IMG/VR virus record: IMGVR_UViG_3300008266_011056
Origin: an uncultured virus (IMG/VR IMGVR_UViG_3300008266_011056)
Taxonomy: Duplodnaviria; Heunggongvirae; Uroviricota; Caudoviricetes
Reading direction: 5' to 3' (one strand)
Length of the DNA: 64,000 nt
Shown here: positions 9,398-17,035 of the stretch, piece after piece
Numbering within the stretch: position 1 is the stretch's first letter
How the letters are laid out: each line of letters begins with the position of its first letter
Notes under the pieces: generated by a model
Told to the model about the DNA's origin: nothing
Database searches by the model: none
The model's input: only the letters and a program-made list of their open reading frames with translations
Translations under genes and position numbers: made by a program

Positions 9398-10312
9398 TTA
9401 GTCGTCATTGGCGAGCTTGGCGAAGAAGGATAGTGATTCATCGTCATCTTCTTCATACTCACGTTTAGGTTGCGAAGGTGCTGCATGTGGTTTAGCAGCT
9501 GCTTTTGGTTTAGGTGGTGATTCAAACTCTTCGTTATCTAGATCTTGTGCAGCAGGTAGGGAACTACCACTAGCATTAAGCACATTCATTAGTTTAGTCT
9601 TTAGTTCATCGTAAGACTTAAAGTGCTTAGGATCCAAAAACTCTTGTAGAGAATGCTGGCTGTTCCAAATCTTTTCCATCTCATCATCGTCAGCTAGTAC
9701 TGATGGTGATTCAAATTCAGACTTATCGTAGTTACGATAACCCTCTACATTACGAATCTTGAGTTTGAAGTTAGCACCCTTCCAGAAGTCAAAAGGATTA
9801 ATTGGATCCTCATCTTCAAATTGAGGCTGCATAACATCCTTGATCTTGTCGAAGATCTTCTTGCCGAACTTATAAAGGAATACTTTACCTTCGTTCTCTG
9901 GATGCGCAGGATCTTTGACTACATAGATGTTAGAAATGTAAGTCAATCTACGCTTTTGTTTACGTACGATGTCTTTGTTAGACTCAAGACCTGTAGCCCA
10001 CAATTCGGTGTTAAGCTCAGAAACAGGGTCTGGCTTACCTAATGTAGTTAGTGAATTTTCGATGTACCACTTACCTGTAGGACCCTGGAATCCATGATTC
10101 CAAATACGTGTCCAAGGAAGTTCTTCACCTTTAGGAGGGGGTAGAAAACGAATAACTGCAAATCCGTTTCCTGATTTATCTACTTCTGGTTGCCAGAAGC
10201 GATCATCTTTTTGCGATTCTTGACCTTGGGGTTGCGCGATCTTCTCAACCTCTTTCATCAATGAATCAAAATTACCACGACCCTTCTTCAGGGCAGAAAA
10301 ATCTAATGCCAT
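9398..10312 (-). CDS. gp32: Single-stranded DNA-binding protein
   Basis: DDRFWQP..GNGFAVIRFLP..WYIENSLTT..FDFWKGANFKLKI..NYDKSEF; acidic tail. Confidence 0.97.
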   Translation of the reverse strand: MALDFSALKKGRGNFDSLMKEVEKIAQPQGQESQKDDRFWQPEVDKSGNGFAVIRFLPPPKGEELPWTRIWNHGFQGPTGKWYIENSLTTLGKPDPVSELNTELWATGLESNKDIVRKQKRRLTYISNIYVVKDPAHPENEGKVFLYKFGKKIFDKIKDVMQPQFEDEDPINPFDFWKGANFKLKIRNVEGYRNYDKSEFESPSVLADDDEMEKIWNSQHSLQEFLDPKHFKSYDELKTKLMNVLNASGSSLPAAQDLDNEEFESPPKPKAAAKPHAAPSQPKREYEEDDDESLSFFAKLANDD

Positions 10313-10345
10313 GTGTATCTCCGTATAAATGTGTATAGCGTTGTA

Positions 10346-10537
10346 TTAGCGACGTTTATGTTTTAAGGTGTTGCCATCATAAACTTCACTGTAAATCTCA
10401 TCCTCTAGATCATTATAATCATCGGAATTGATAACTAAATTATATATCTTGTTCCGATGTTTATCCATCTTATTGGAACCTTTTTCGACGCGATGAATTT
10501 TCTTTTCGCGATCCCAATCTATATTCTTCTGCTTCAT
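10346..10537 (-). CDS. Hypothetical protein
   Basis: 63 aa ORF in a tightly packed operon. Confidence 0.6.
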   Translation of the reverse strand: MKQKNIDWDREKKIHRVEKGSNKMDKHRNKIYNLVINSDDYNDLEDEIYSEVYDGNTLKHKRR

Positions 10538-10550
10538 ATAAATTAACTAT

Positions 10551-10769
10551 TTACTCTTCTTCACCTTTACGTTCTACCGCAATATAAGGCCACTGCGATA
10601 TCCTCTTAGTAATCTCAGCCTGATTTTGTGCTAACTTTACCAAAAATCTTTGAGTTTCTCTCATATGATCAGCTAGATGTTGGCAATTCTCATTTAACAT
10701 ATTAATGTTTTTCTCAATTTGTATAATTCTAGTCTGTACTAGATCCAAATCGTCTTCTAAAGATGTCAT
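10551..10769 (-). CDS. Hypothetical coiled-coil protein
   Basis: 72 aa ORF overlapping the end of gp59. Confidence 0.6.
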   Translation of the reverse strand: MTSLEDDLDLVQTRIIQIEKNINMLNENCQHLADHMRETQRFLVKLAQNQAEITKRISQWPYIAVERKGEEE

Positions 10770-11343
10770 TGTATTTTTCTTTTTTTACCGTAAGAAAAGG
10801 TTTATACTTCTTAATAGTTCTCGATATATCCGGCCAGATTAAGTCTAAAGCAAGTACTTCGTCTAATGCTGCAACATAGTTATTTATGCTATCCAATATA
10901 ACTAGAGTTTCTATAGAAATGTCGTTGCGCAAGAATGCTTTAAGTATAAACGGGTGTTGCCCGGTTGTTACTTTAAATATAGTATCGTACGGTAAATTAT
11001 CTCGATCACATATATCTCTAAGTTTACATATCTCCTTATCGAAGGTATAGCTTAAAGATTCAATGCGCCGCTTCCACTCCGTATATCTGGTTTTAGCCTC
11101 AGAATCAAATACACCACCCCAGCGATCACCTGATACGAAATTTGCTACTAAAAAATCTACTACATCTTTATCACTATAGGTATCTGCAACGCGTTTAATG
11201 GACAATAGATCCTTACGTTTATTAAACGCCTGGCGTGATGCTCTGACTTTTCCTTGTTGCTTAATCACATCATACTTGTCAGTAGTAAAATGTAATCTTA
11301 ATGCTAGGTAATAACGATAAACTTCAAATGGTTCCATTATCAT
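10729..11343 (-). CDS. gp59: Helicase loader
   Basis: YRYYLALRLHFTT..YD..ISIETLVILD..KKYKPFL; 33-59-32 gene order. Confidence 0.9.
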   Translation of the reverse strand: MIMEPFEVYRYYLALRLHFTTDKYDVIKQQGKVRASRQAFNKRKDLLSIKRVADTYSDKDVVDFLVANFVSGDRWGGVFDSEAKTRYTEWKRRIESLSYTFDKEICKLRDICDRDNLPYDTIFKVTTGQHPFILKAFLRNDISIETLVILDSINNYVAALDEVLALDLIWPDISRTIKKYKPFLTVKKEKYNDIFRRRFGSSTD

Positions 11344-11603
11344 ATAGGCAGATGACCTCTTGGTTTAATCATATTTGCCTGCTCGGCCTCTACTTGTATC
11401 TTTTCACGAAGTTTTTGATTTATTAATGGACCTATGGATTCAACATCAATATCCATTTCCTGGCAGTAATTAATAACTGCATCCATGTAACCAATCTTTA
11501 GTTTATTAACTCGCTCATCAATGAAGATACTAAACTCATTAGGTGATCTAAAGCGCTTGGTAATTACTAACGCATCAGTTAGTTCAGTTATGTCGTCGGT
11601 CAT
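11340..11603 (-). CDS. gp33: Late promoter transcription co-activator
   Basis: YMDAVINYC..ID.E..LI..LREKIQVEA..N; synteny. Confidence 0.9.
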   Translation of the reverse strand: MTDDITELTDALVITKRFRSPNEFSIFIDERVNKLKIGYMDAVINYCQEMDIDVESIGPLINQKLREKIQVEAEQANMIKPRGHLPI

Positions 11604-11917
11604 ATGAAATAAATGAGCCCTAAAAAGATGAGTTGAATAGCAAAACCTAATCCAATAGTTGCTACCATAATCATGTCTTTAAGTATAGCTGAACGGAAGA
11701 AATAAAGCAATAGACCGACCCATACAATTAAGGACATATCCAGGGGAGGAGTCTTATCCGTTACAGCCGTCATCAATGCATAATAACTTGGTATATTACT
11801 TAAGCATAATATAACAATACTTATCCAGGCAAATACATCAGCAGATGCTTTAGGAAACGACTCAAAAAACTTTACTGCTTTTTCTTTCCATACTATAAGT
11901 GTTTCCATTAAATTCAC
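11600..11917 (-). CDS. Hypothetical membrane protein (about 3 TM segments)
   Basis: Three hydrophobic stretches. Confidence 0.65.
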   Translation of the reverse strand: MNLMETLIVWKEKAVKFFESFPKASADVFAWISIVILCLSNIPSYYALMTAVTDKTPPLDMSLIVWVGLLLYFFRSAILKDMIMVATIGLGFAIQLIFLGLIYFI

Positions 11918-12453
11918 GTTCTATCTCCATAAAATATATGACGTCCAATACGTGCCACTACTGGTTTACCCCAGTTAGGTTTTTTAATGTAGTCAGCATG
12001 ATAGTATAATGCCTTCTCTACAGATGGCAATCTAAAATCCTCTAACAGGACCTTTTTAGCTACTTCCATAGATTCCGCATACATCTCTTTAGATCTTACT
12101 ACAGGTCCTTTATCGCAGTACCATGAGAACTGACAAACGATCTTTTCATCAATCTTTGTCTTTTGATATACTACTTGACAGATGTCATTAGGAAATTTTC
12201 CTGACTCTGCTCTATTTAATGTGACTTGAGCTACTGCAACCTTACCTTCAAAAGGCTCAGATGCTGCTTCGAAATAAATATTCTTTGCCAAACAATTAAG
12301 TTGTCTTTCCCTTTGTGCTAATGTGGGTGGCTTATCTTTAATATTTTCAACTTGCTTAATATTTTTAATCTTGTGTTTAGTAACTGCGCTAACACCTGTA
12401 TACGTACCTAGTAATAAAACAGCTGCTAATGCAACGGTAAAAAAGCGTGTCAT
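11914..12453 (-). CDS. Cell wall hydrolase (SleB / Hydrolase_2 family) with N-terminal signal or anchor
   Basis: CLAKNIYFEA..GKVAVAQVTLNR..CQFSWYC..YYHADY..IGRHIFY; start MTRFF after a GGAG RBS. Confidence 0.9.
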   Translation of the reverse strand: MTRFFTVALAAVLLLGTYTGVSAVTKHKIKNIKQVENIKDKPPTLAQRERQLNCLAKNIYFEAASEPFEGKVAVAQVTLNRAESGKFPNDICQVVYQKTKIDEKIVCQFSWYCDKGPVVRSKEMYAESMEVAKKVLLEDFRLPSVEKALYYHADYIKKPNWGKPVVARIGRHIFYGDRT

Positions 12454-12468
12454 GTGTAATTCTCCTAT

Positions 12469-12488
12469 TAAAGGGGGCAAGCCCCCCC
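12469..12488 (-). terminator. GC-rich hairpin terminator
   Basis: GGGGG-CTTG-CCCCC followed by TTT on the minus strand. Confidence 0.55.
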
Positions 12489-12491
12489 ATA

Positions 12492-12764
12492 CTAAGCGGT
12501 AGATTTCTTAGTAACTTTTACATCTGGAAGTTGAGAAACAAAACCATTCAAAGCTTGCGCTTTATTAATAATATCTGTTTCAGTGGGGTATGATGGAAAG
12601 CCTGGATGATCAGGTGGTGTTGCACCGGCGTGGCGAGCGTTTTCTACTTTAACTTGCCAGTCGTTGGAAACTTGATCTCGCTTACTGTAATAATCTTCAG
12701 TAAGCATTTCCTTGGCCATCTTAAGAAGTTCGAGACGGATCTCGAATGGTGACATATTACTCAT
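12492..12764 (-). CDS. Hypothetical phage protein
   Basis: PFEIRLELLKMA..YP..II.KA..L..FV; strong AAGGAG RBS. Confidence 0.75.
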   Translation of the reverse strand: MSNMSPFEIRLELLKMAKEMLTEDYYSKRDQVSNDWQVKVENARHAGATPPDHPGFPSYPTETDIINKAQALNGFVSQLPDVKVTKKSTA

Positions 12765-12825
12765 TTACATCTCCTTTTGTGTGTTTGTGTGATGGTAGTT
12801 TTAGAGATCTACCAACTCAATTTAT

Positions 12826-12900
12826 TTATCGATTAGCGATATACATGGTAATTTCAAAACCAAAACGCATATCTTGAGCTGCAGGTGTAGTCCACTTCAT
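12826..12900 (-). CDS. pqqA: Pyrroloquinoline quinone precursor peptide
   Basis: Hand translation MKWTTPAAQDMRFGFEITMYIANR*; W-x-x-P and GFE-x-T-x-Y with the E-x3-Y core; AAAGGAG RBS. Confidence 0.95.
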   Translation of the reverse strand: MKWTTPAAQDMRFGFEITMYIANR

Positions 12901-12976
12901 ATTTTTCTCCTTTATGGCGGCACTATTGCCGGTCCATATTATCTATTGAACATATGAAGTGAATCTACTAAAATAT

Positions 12977-12984
12977 TATTTATA
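12977..12984 (-). promoter_or_regulatory. T4-type late promoter upstream of pqqA
   Basis: Exact TATAAATA on the minus strand, about 75 nt upstream of the pqqA ATG. Confidence 0.7.
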
Positions 12985-13006
12985 CTACCGTACTGAAAAT
13001 CATTAA

Positions 13007-13360
13007 GGTAGCTGATTGGGTAATAAGGACAGCTACCGAAACCCCATCTAGCAATTTAAGCTGCTAGAGCGTAGTACTCGTCATTTGCGATTACTTATTT
13101 GCTTCATTAACGTCGATCGCCTGACGTGTTGTCCACTCCCCTACTCTTGACCCTGTCGAAACCATGTCTGGCCCCTCAAAAGAAGACTTTACCTTATTAC
13201 GAATATCTCGTTCAGGTGGAAGAGGTCCACACCCTAAACGATTCCATTCACTCTCAGTATAGTAGTACATATCTACTGGCATACAATCTCCTTTTGGTGG
13301 ACCAGGCGGGAGTCGAACCCGCGTCCAGAACCCTTTTCAGTTTGCATCATACAACAATTA
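13007..13360 (-). ncRNA. ssrA: Two-piece (circularly permuted) tmRNA: acceptor piece about 13360-13295, intervening segment 13294-13175, coding piece 13174 to about 13007; tag ANDEYYALAA
   Basis: Acceptor end GGACGCGGGTTCGACTCCCGCCTGGTCCACCA lies upstream of 5' end GGGCCAG..GGTTTCGAC; the 7-bp stem has the G3:U70 pair; tag ORF at 13088-13056. Confidence 0.93.
13091..13282 (-). CDS. Small ORF starting in the tmRNA intervening segment
   Basis: AAGGAG RBS directly after the CCA; MPVDMYYYTESEWNRLGCGPLPPER...; reads on into the coding piece. Confidence 0.5.
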   Translation of the reverse strand: MPVDMYYYTESEWNRLGCGPLPPERDIRNKVKSSFEGPDMVSTGSRVGEWTTRQAIDVNEANK

Positions 13361-13367
13361 AAAATAT

Positions 13368-13559
13368 TTATTTACTAAACTCTTTGTTTAAACTATAGTA
13401 AGCCCAAGCACCCATAAACGTATTCGGTTTACTCTTGTACCTATCGATATTCTCTAAACAAACCCTACATTGCGCGTCATCCTCATACAGACGTAAAATT
13501 AATTTATCTTTATCTGGAAAGTCTGATTCACGTATATTTCTACAGGAGCAAATTATCAT
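13368..13559 (-). CDS. bfd: Bacterioferritin-associated ferredoxin-like [2Fe-2S] protein
   Basis: MIICSC..CRVC matches the Bfd C-x-C...C-x2-C pattern, with a shorter spacer. Confidence 0.7.
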   Translation of the reverse strand: MIICSCRNIRESDFPDKDKLILRLYEDDAQCRVCLENIDRYKSKPNTFMGAWAYYSLNKEFSK

Positions 13560-13586
13560 AACCTATTCTCATCCGACCACAATAAG

Positions 13587-13615
13587 ATTTTAACGTCAAG
13601 GCAACAGAAAATCAA
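13587..13615 (-). promoter_or_regulatory. Sigma70-like promoter
   Basis: TTGATT-N17-TAAAAT upstream of bfd and the tmRNA. Confidence 0.65.
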
Positions 13616-13628
13616 TACTTTTGGTAAA

Positions 13629-14180
13629 TTAAACGTAATGTGCGTAAGTACCGATTATATATTTTGGTTTGTCTTTAGGTGGCATTCCTGCATGAGGATA
13701 CATCCAAAGTGGTGGAAAAATTAACATTCTACCTGCAACTGGACTAATTTCAATATCAAAATCAGGGAATACTGTTTTACCCTCTTCATTATCATCTAAG
13801 TATATAAATCCAACTAAGTAACGTCTTGCGCTATTATAATCAGCTACATCTACATGATAGTCGAAGTAACGTTCTTCGTTTTCATACTTCTTAATACGAA
13901 TTTCTTCTAATGCTTGAATCTTAGGTGGATCTCTGTAGTTAATATGATTAAAGTATTGATCGAATGCCTTTATAGAAACATCCGTAAGATACTCTACTAT
14001 AGGTTCCCAACCAGGGGTCTTATTAATGTTAAGTTGATCGAACTTATAACCTACCGTTCTCTTTTCTTCCCATTGCTCTTTTTCCTTCTCAAATTGCTCA
14101 ATCATTTTTTCACAATGTTGTTTAGGTAACACATTGTCAATTGTTAAAATTAAATCAGTTAGTTTTGTATCTTGTTTCAT
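13629..14180 (-). CDS. 2OG-Fe(II) oxygenase (prolyl-4-hydroxylase-like)
   Basis: H-x-D (YHVD), YLDD..G.T.F, FPP..YPH, KY. Confidence 0.85.
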   Translation of the reverse strand: MKQDTKLTDLILTIDNVLPKQHCEKMIEQFEKEKEQWEEKRTVGYKFDQLNINKTPGWEPIVEYLTDVSIKAFDQYFNHINYRDPPKIQALEEIRIKKYENEERYFDYHVDVADYNSARRYLVGFIYLDDNEEGKTVFPDFDIEISPVAGRMLIFPPLWMYPHAGMPPKDKPKYIIGTYAHYV

Positions 14181-14820
14181 ATAAATCCCTATAATGTAAT
14201 AAATCGTTCACCCAGTTATCTCTTTTTTCTTCAAATAACTGAGGTGGTTCCCCTTCAACACCAATAATTACTACCAGACGGTTGACTGGTATTTTATATA
14301 ACTCTTCATACATTATAGCATATGCTGAGCATTGCATAAAGTAGTTACTAATATATTCCTTCTTTTTAAGTTTACTAGATGATTTAAAATCAATTACAGC
14401 AAGCTTACCATTATACTCTGCAATACAATCAACCGTACCTGCTAGACGTAAATAGTCAGAATACATTCTCGATTCAAGACAATGTATGTTATTAATGTTA
14501 TGAATATAAGGTAACAGGCTTTGAAATAACTCTTTTTCAATAGGTGTTTTGTAACTTAACTCTTCATTGTTAAGATACGTCTCACAAAGTTTATGCATCT
14601 TTGTACCTCTAGAAGATGCTCGTTGAGTTATAATCTGGGCCTCAGCATGACCTATCTTATTGCGCCATTCCATAATACCTTGCCTGGAATGTTCAGCCAA
14701 TACGGTAGTCACCGAAGGATATTTGCTACCCTTCGGTGTAACATAATAACGTGTACCGTCTTCGTTTACTTGTTTGAGAGTGATTTGTTCACGATCAAAA
14801 CTTACATGATTAAAATGCAT
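14155..14820 (-). CDS. PD-(D/E)XK exonuclease (T4-like phage exonuclease)
   Basis: YPSVTTVL..RGT..H..AGTVDCIAEY..IDFKSS..YFMQ..AYA. Confidence 0.85.
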   Translation of the reverse strand: MHFNHVSFDREQITLKQVNEDGTRYYVTPKGSKYPSVTTVLAEHSRQGIMEWRNKIGHAEAQIITQRASSRGTKMHKLCETYLNNEELSYKTPIEKELFQSLLPYIHNINNIHCLESRMYSDYLRLAGTVDCIAEYNGKLAVIDFKSSSKLKKKEYISNYFMQCSAYAIMYEELYKIPVNRLVVIIGVEGEPPQLFEEKRDNWVNDLLHYRDLYETRYKTN

Positions 14821-14823
14821 TAA

Positions 14824-15459
14824 TTAATGAGATAAGACTTCTATTGCGTGATTATAATGTTTAATTCTATCCTCTAACCCTAGTGTACCGCCATTGATTT
14901 TTTTAGTCATAGTTAAAATATCACCTGAGTCCGCAAACTGATTTAATTTATTTACATGCCAGAACCAACATGCTGAGTGAATAGCATAATATGGATCAAA
15001 TAACATATCTGGGTCAGTAAGTAAGGTATCATCTTGGAATAAAACTTTTGAACAAGCACGGTAATTATCTTTACCAGTTAGTTGCAAAATTCCTCTACCA
15101 CGGTACTTCCAACCATCGCCAGAAGCTTCTGGTCCATTACCCATGCGATCAGCATAAGCTTTGTTAGCAATCTTCTGAGGCTGTCTCTCATATTGCTTTG
15201 CTACATCTGGAGGAAATCTTTTTGGCCAGGTACCTGTTAAACCTTTAGCACTATAATTAAGACCCTCTTCCAATCTTGTAAATTCTGCCGATTCGTGCGC
15301 ACATTGAGCAATAAATGCAGCTACTCTTTTTCTAGAATTAATACCATATTGAGGTAGAGCGTCTACTAACGACTCATACCAATCGCGAATGTTTTTTAAT
15401 TTAGGTAATAATTCTTTCAGTTGTGCTTCTGTGAAATTAAAATCAAATCCGTTACTCAT
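14824..15459 (-). CDS. GH19 (chitinase-class) endolysin
   Basis: AAFIAQCAHES..E..YRGRGILQLTG..NY..SACWFW..TKKINGG..GL.DR. Confidence 0.9.
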   Translation of the reverse strand: MSNGFDFNFTEAQLKELLPKLKNIRDWYESLVDALPQYGINSRKRVAAFIAQCAHESAEFTRLEEGLNYSAKGLTGTWPKRFPPDVAKQYERQPQKIANKAYADRMGNGPEASGDGWKYRGRGILQLTGKDNYRACSKVLFQDDTLLTDPDMLFDPYYAIHSACWFWHVNKLNQFADSGDILTMTKKINGGTLGLEDRIKHYNHAIEVLSH

Positions 15460-15471
15460 TTATTCCCCTTC

Positions 15472-15723
15472 TTATTTTTCTTGTATAGGAGCATTTTCTA
15501 CGCAGTACCCCCCTTTAAAAATATAAACGTTTGAATCAACTCGAACTTGCTCATATAATTCATTATCTACACATTTATAAGGATCACGGTAAGATGAAAA
15601 AAAGGTGTATGCTCCATAACCTACCCCACCTAGTAACATTATAATAGGTAAGTATTTTAAATACTTGACTATCTCCGGTAACGCAGATAGTATCTGGGGT
15701 AGGTTTTTTAGGAGCTCCTTCAT
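15472..15723 (-). CDS. Single-pass membrane protein
   Basis: One TM segment; directly upstream of the endolysin. Confidence 0.6.
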   Translation of the reverse strand: MKELLKNLPQILSALPEIVKYLKYLPIIMLLGGVGYGAYTFFSSYRDPYKCVDNELYEQVRVDSNVYIFKGGYCVENAPIQEK

Positions 15724-15932
15724 TTACGATTTTTAGATGCAACCGAGTCTTTCAACATACCTTTAATAATTAATAATACGCGGTTTTTTTCTCTCTCTGT
15801 CAAATGTTTAACTAAAATAAGTTTATCATCGTAACTATTTGCACCTTCTAAAAACTCCTTAGGTACGGTCAATTTCTTTTTAGGTTTAAGTTTATTTAGT
15901 TTCTTCTTAAAATCCTCTGGTGACTCGTCCAT
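15720..15932 (-). CDS. Hypothetical basic protein
   Basis: 70 aa ORF with AAGGA RBS. Confidence 0.6.
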   Translation of the reverse strand: MDESPEDFKKKLNKLKPKKKLTVPKEFLEGANSYDDKLILVKHLTEREKNRVLLIIKGMLKDSVASKNRK

Positions 15933-15950
15933 TTTTCCTTAAGTGATAGA

Positions 15951-16694
15951 TTACGTTCCGTATTTTTCTTCATATTCCATCCTTGCTAAAATATACTCTT
16001 TAACTAAAGCCGAACGAACAATATCACCTACTTCGAATTCTACAACATTAAATGATGGCATCATATCCGCGATGGCCATAAATTTCTTCAGACCGGACAT
16101 ATCAGTTTTCTTATATAAATCCGTCTGTCTGAAGTCCCCGCATAGGATGATTTTGGAACGATTACCTACACGAGTCATTATACTATTTAGCTCCATATCA
16201 GTCATGTTCTGGCATTCATCTACGATAATAATAGAATCATCCAATGTAATCCCGCGAACAAATGAAGTTATCATAAAAGCAGCAGATTGCTGCTCCTGAA
16301 GACGTTGAAATGCATCTTTTCTAGAGAATAGATCTTCGCAGATTTCTACATACGGTTGCTGATAAACCTCGGTCTTTTCTTTTTCATCTCCAGGTAAATG
16401 TCCAATATCTCTGGACGGGACCGCTGATCTTACAATAACAACTTTTTGATAGGGGGTTGAACGATCTAGAACTTCTTCTAGGGCTTTGTAAAGTGCAATA
16501 TAAGATTTTCCTGTTCCTGCGACTCCATGTAATAAAATGGCTGATGAATTTTTATAAAGCTCAAAAAACTTTCTTTGATTATTAGTTAAAGGTTGTATTG
16601 TTCTTAGGTCATCAATTCGTAGTTTCAATTTATTTGATACTAATGAAACTTTTGGTTGATTATCTACGTTTAACTGAGCTTGCTTTCTTGCCAT
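15951..16694 (-). CDS. phoH: PhoH-like ATPase
   Basis: GVAGTGKS P-loop, GHLPG, RGITL, DECQN, TRVG, GDFRQ.DL, DIVRS. Confidence 0.95.
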   Translation of the reverse strand: MARKQAQLNVDNQPKVSLVSNKLKLRIDDLRTIQPLTNNQRKFFELYKNSSAILLHGVAGTGKSYIALYKALEEVLDRSTPYQKVVIVRSAVPSRDIGHLPGDEKEKTEVYQQPYVEICEDLFSRKDAFQRLQEQQSAAFMITSFVRGITLDDSIIIVDECQNMTDMELNSIMTRVGNRSKIILCGDFRQTDLYKKTDMSGLKKFMAIADMMPSFNVVEFEVGDIVRSALVKEYILARMEYEEKYGT

Positions 16695-16705
16695 GGAACC
16701 CTCGT

Positions 16706-16746
16706 AAAAAAAGAAAAGGGATCTACGTCAAATAGACCCCTTTCTT
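16706..16746 (-). terminator. Terminator-like hairpin directly upstream of phoH
   Basis: AAGAAAGGGGTCTA-TTTGACG-TAGATCCCTTTTCTTTTTTT. Confidence 0.7.
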
Positions 16747-16774
16747 GATATGGTTGAAAAGAAGATATTTACTG

Positions 16775-17029
16775 TCATCGTCTAGATAGCTTATCTGAAA
16801 GATTACTTTTATAATTCGCGGCACTAATCTTAGATAAGACTTCTTGAAATCCACTATCAGGTTTACGAATACCTAAACGCACTGAATCGCCCATTGCAGC
16901 AGCTTGACCTGATTCATGGTAGCGTTCTAGTTGTGGATTATTTTTTATAAACTCATCATAAGAAGAAATACCAAAGTAATGTTCTTCTACTTGATTAGTT
17001 TGTTTGTTAAGAAACGTATATCTCGGCAT
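16775..17029 (-). CDS. Hypothetical phage protein (FmdB-like N-terminus)
   Basis: MPRYTF..NP.LE..DSGFQEVL.KI pattern. Confidence 0.6.
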   Translation of the reverse strand: MPRYTFLNKQTNQVEEHYFGISSYDEFIKNNPQLERYHESGQAAAMGDSVRLGIRKPDSGFQEVLSKISAANYKSNLSDKLSRR

Positions 17030-17035
17030 TAGGAA

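Noticed and set aside
13295..13330. Possible standalone tRNA or integration (att) remnant
   Set aside because: No anticodon or D arm upstream; it pairs with GGGCCAG at 13174, so it is the tmRNA acceptor piece
13126..13398. Plus-strand 90-aa ORF
   Set aside because: Antisense shadow of the tmRNA locus with no RBS
14155..14820. Cas4-like nuclease suggesting a CRISPR system
   Set aside because: No repeat-spacer array or other cas genes seen; it fits the common T4-like exonuclease
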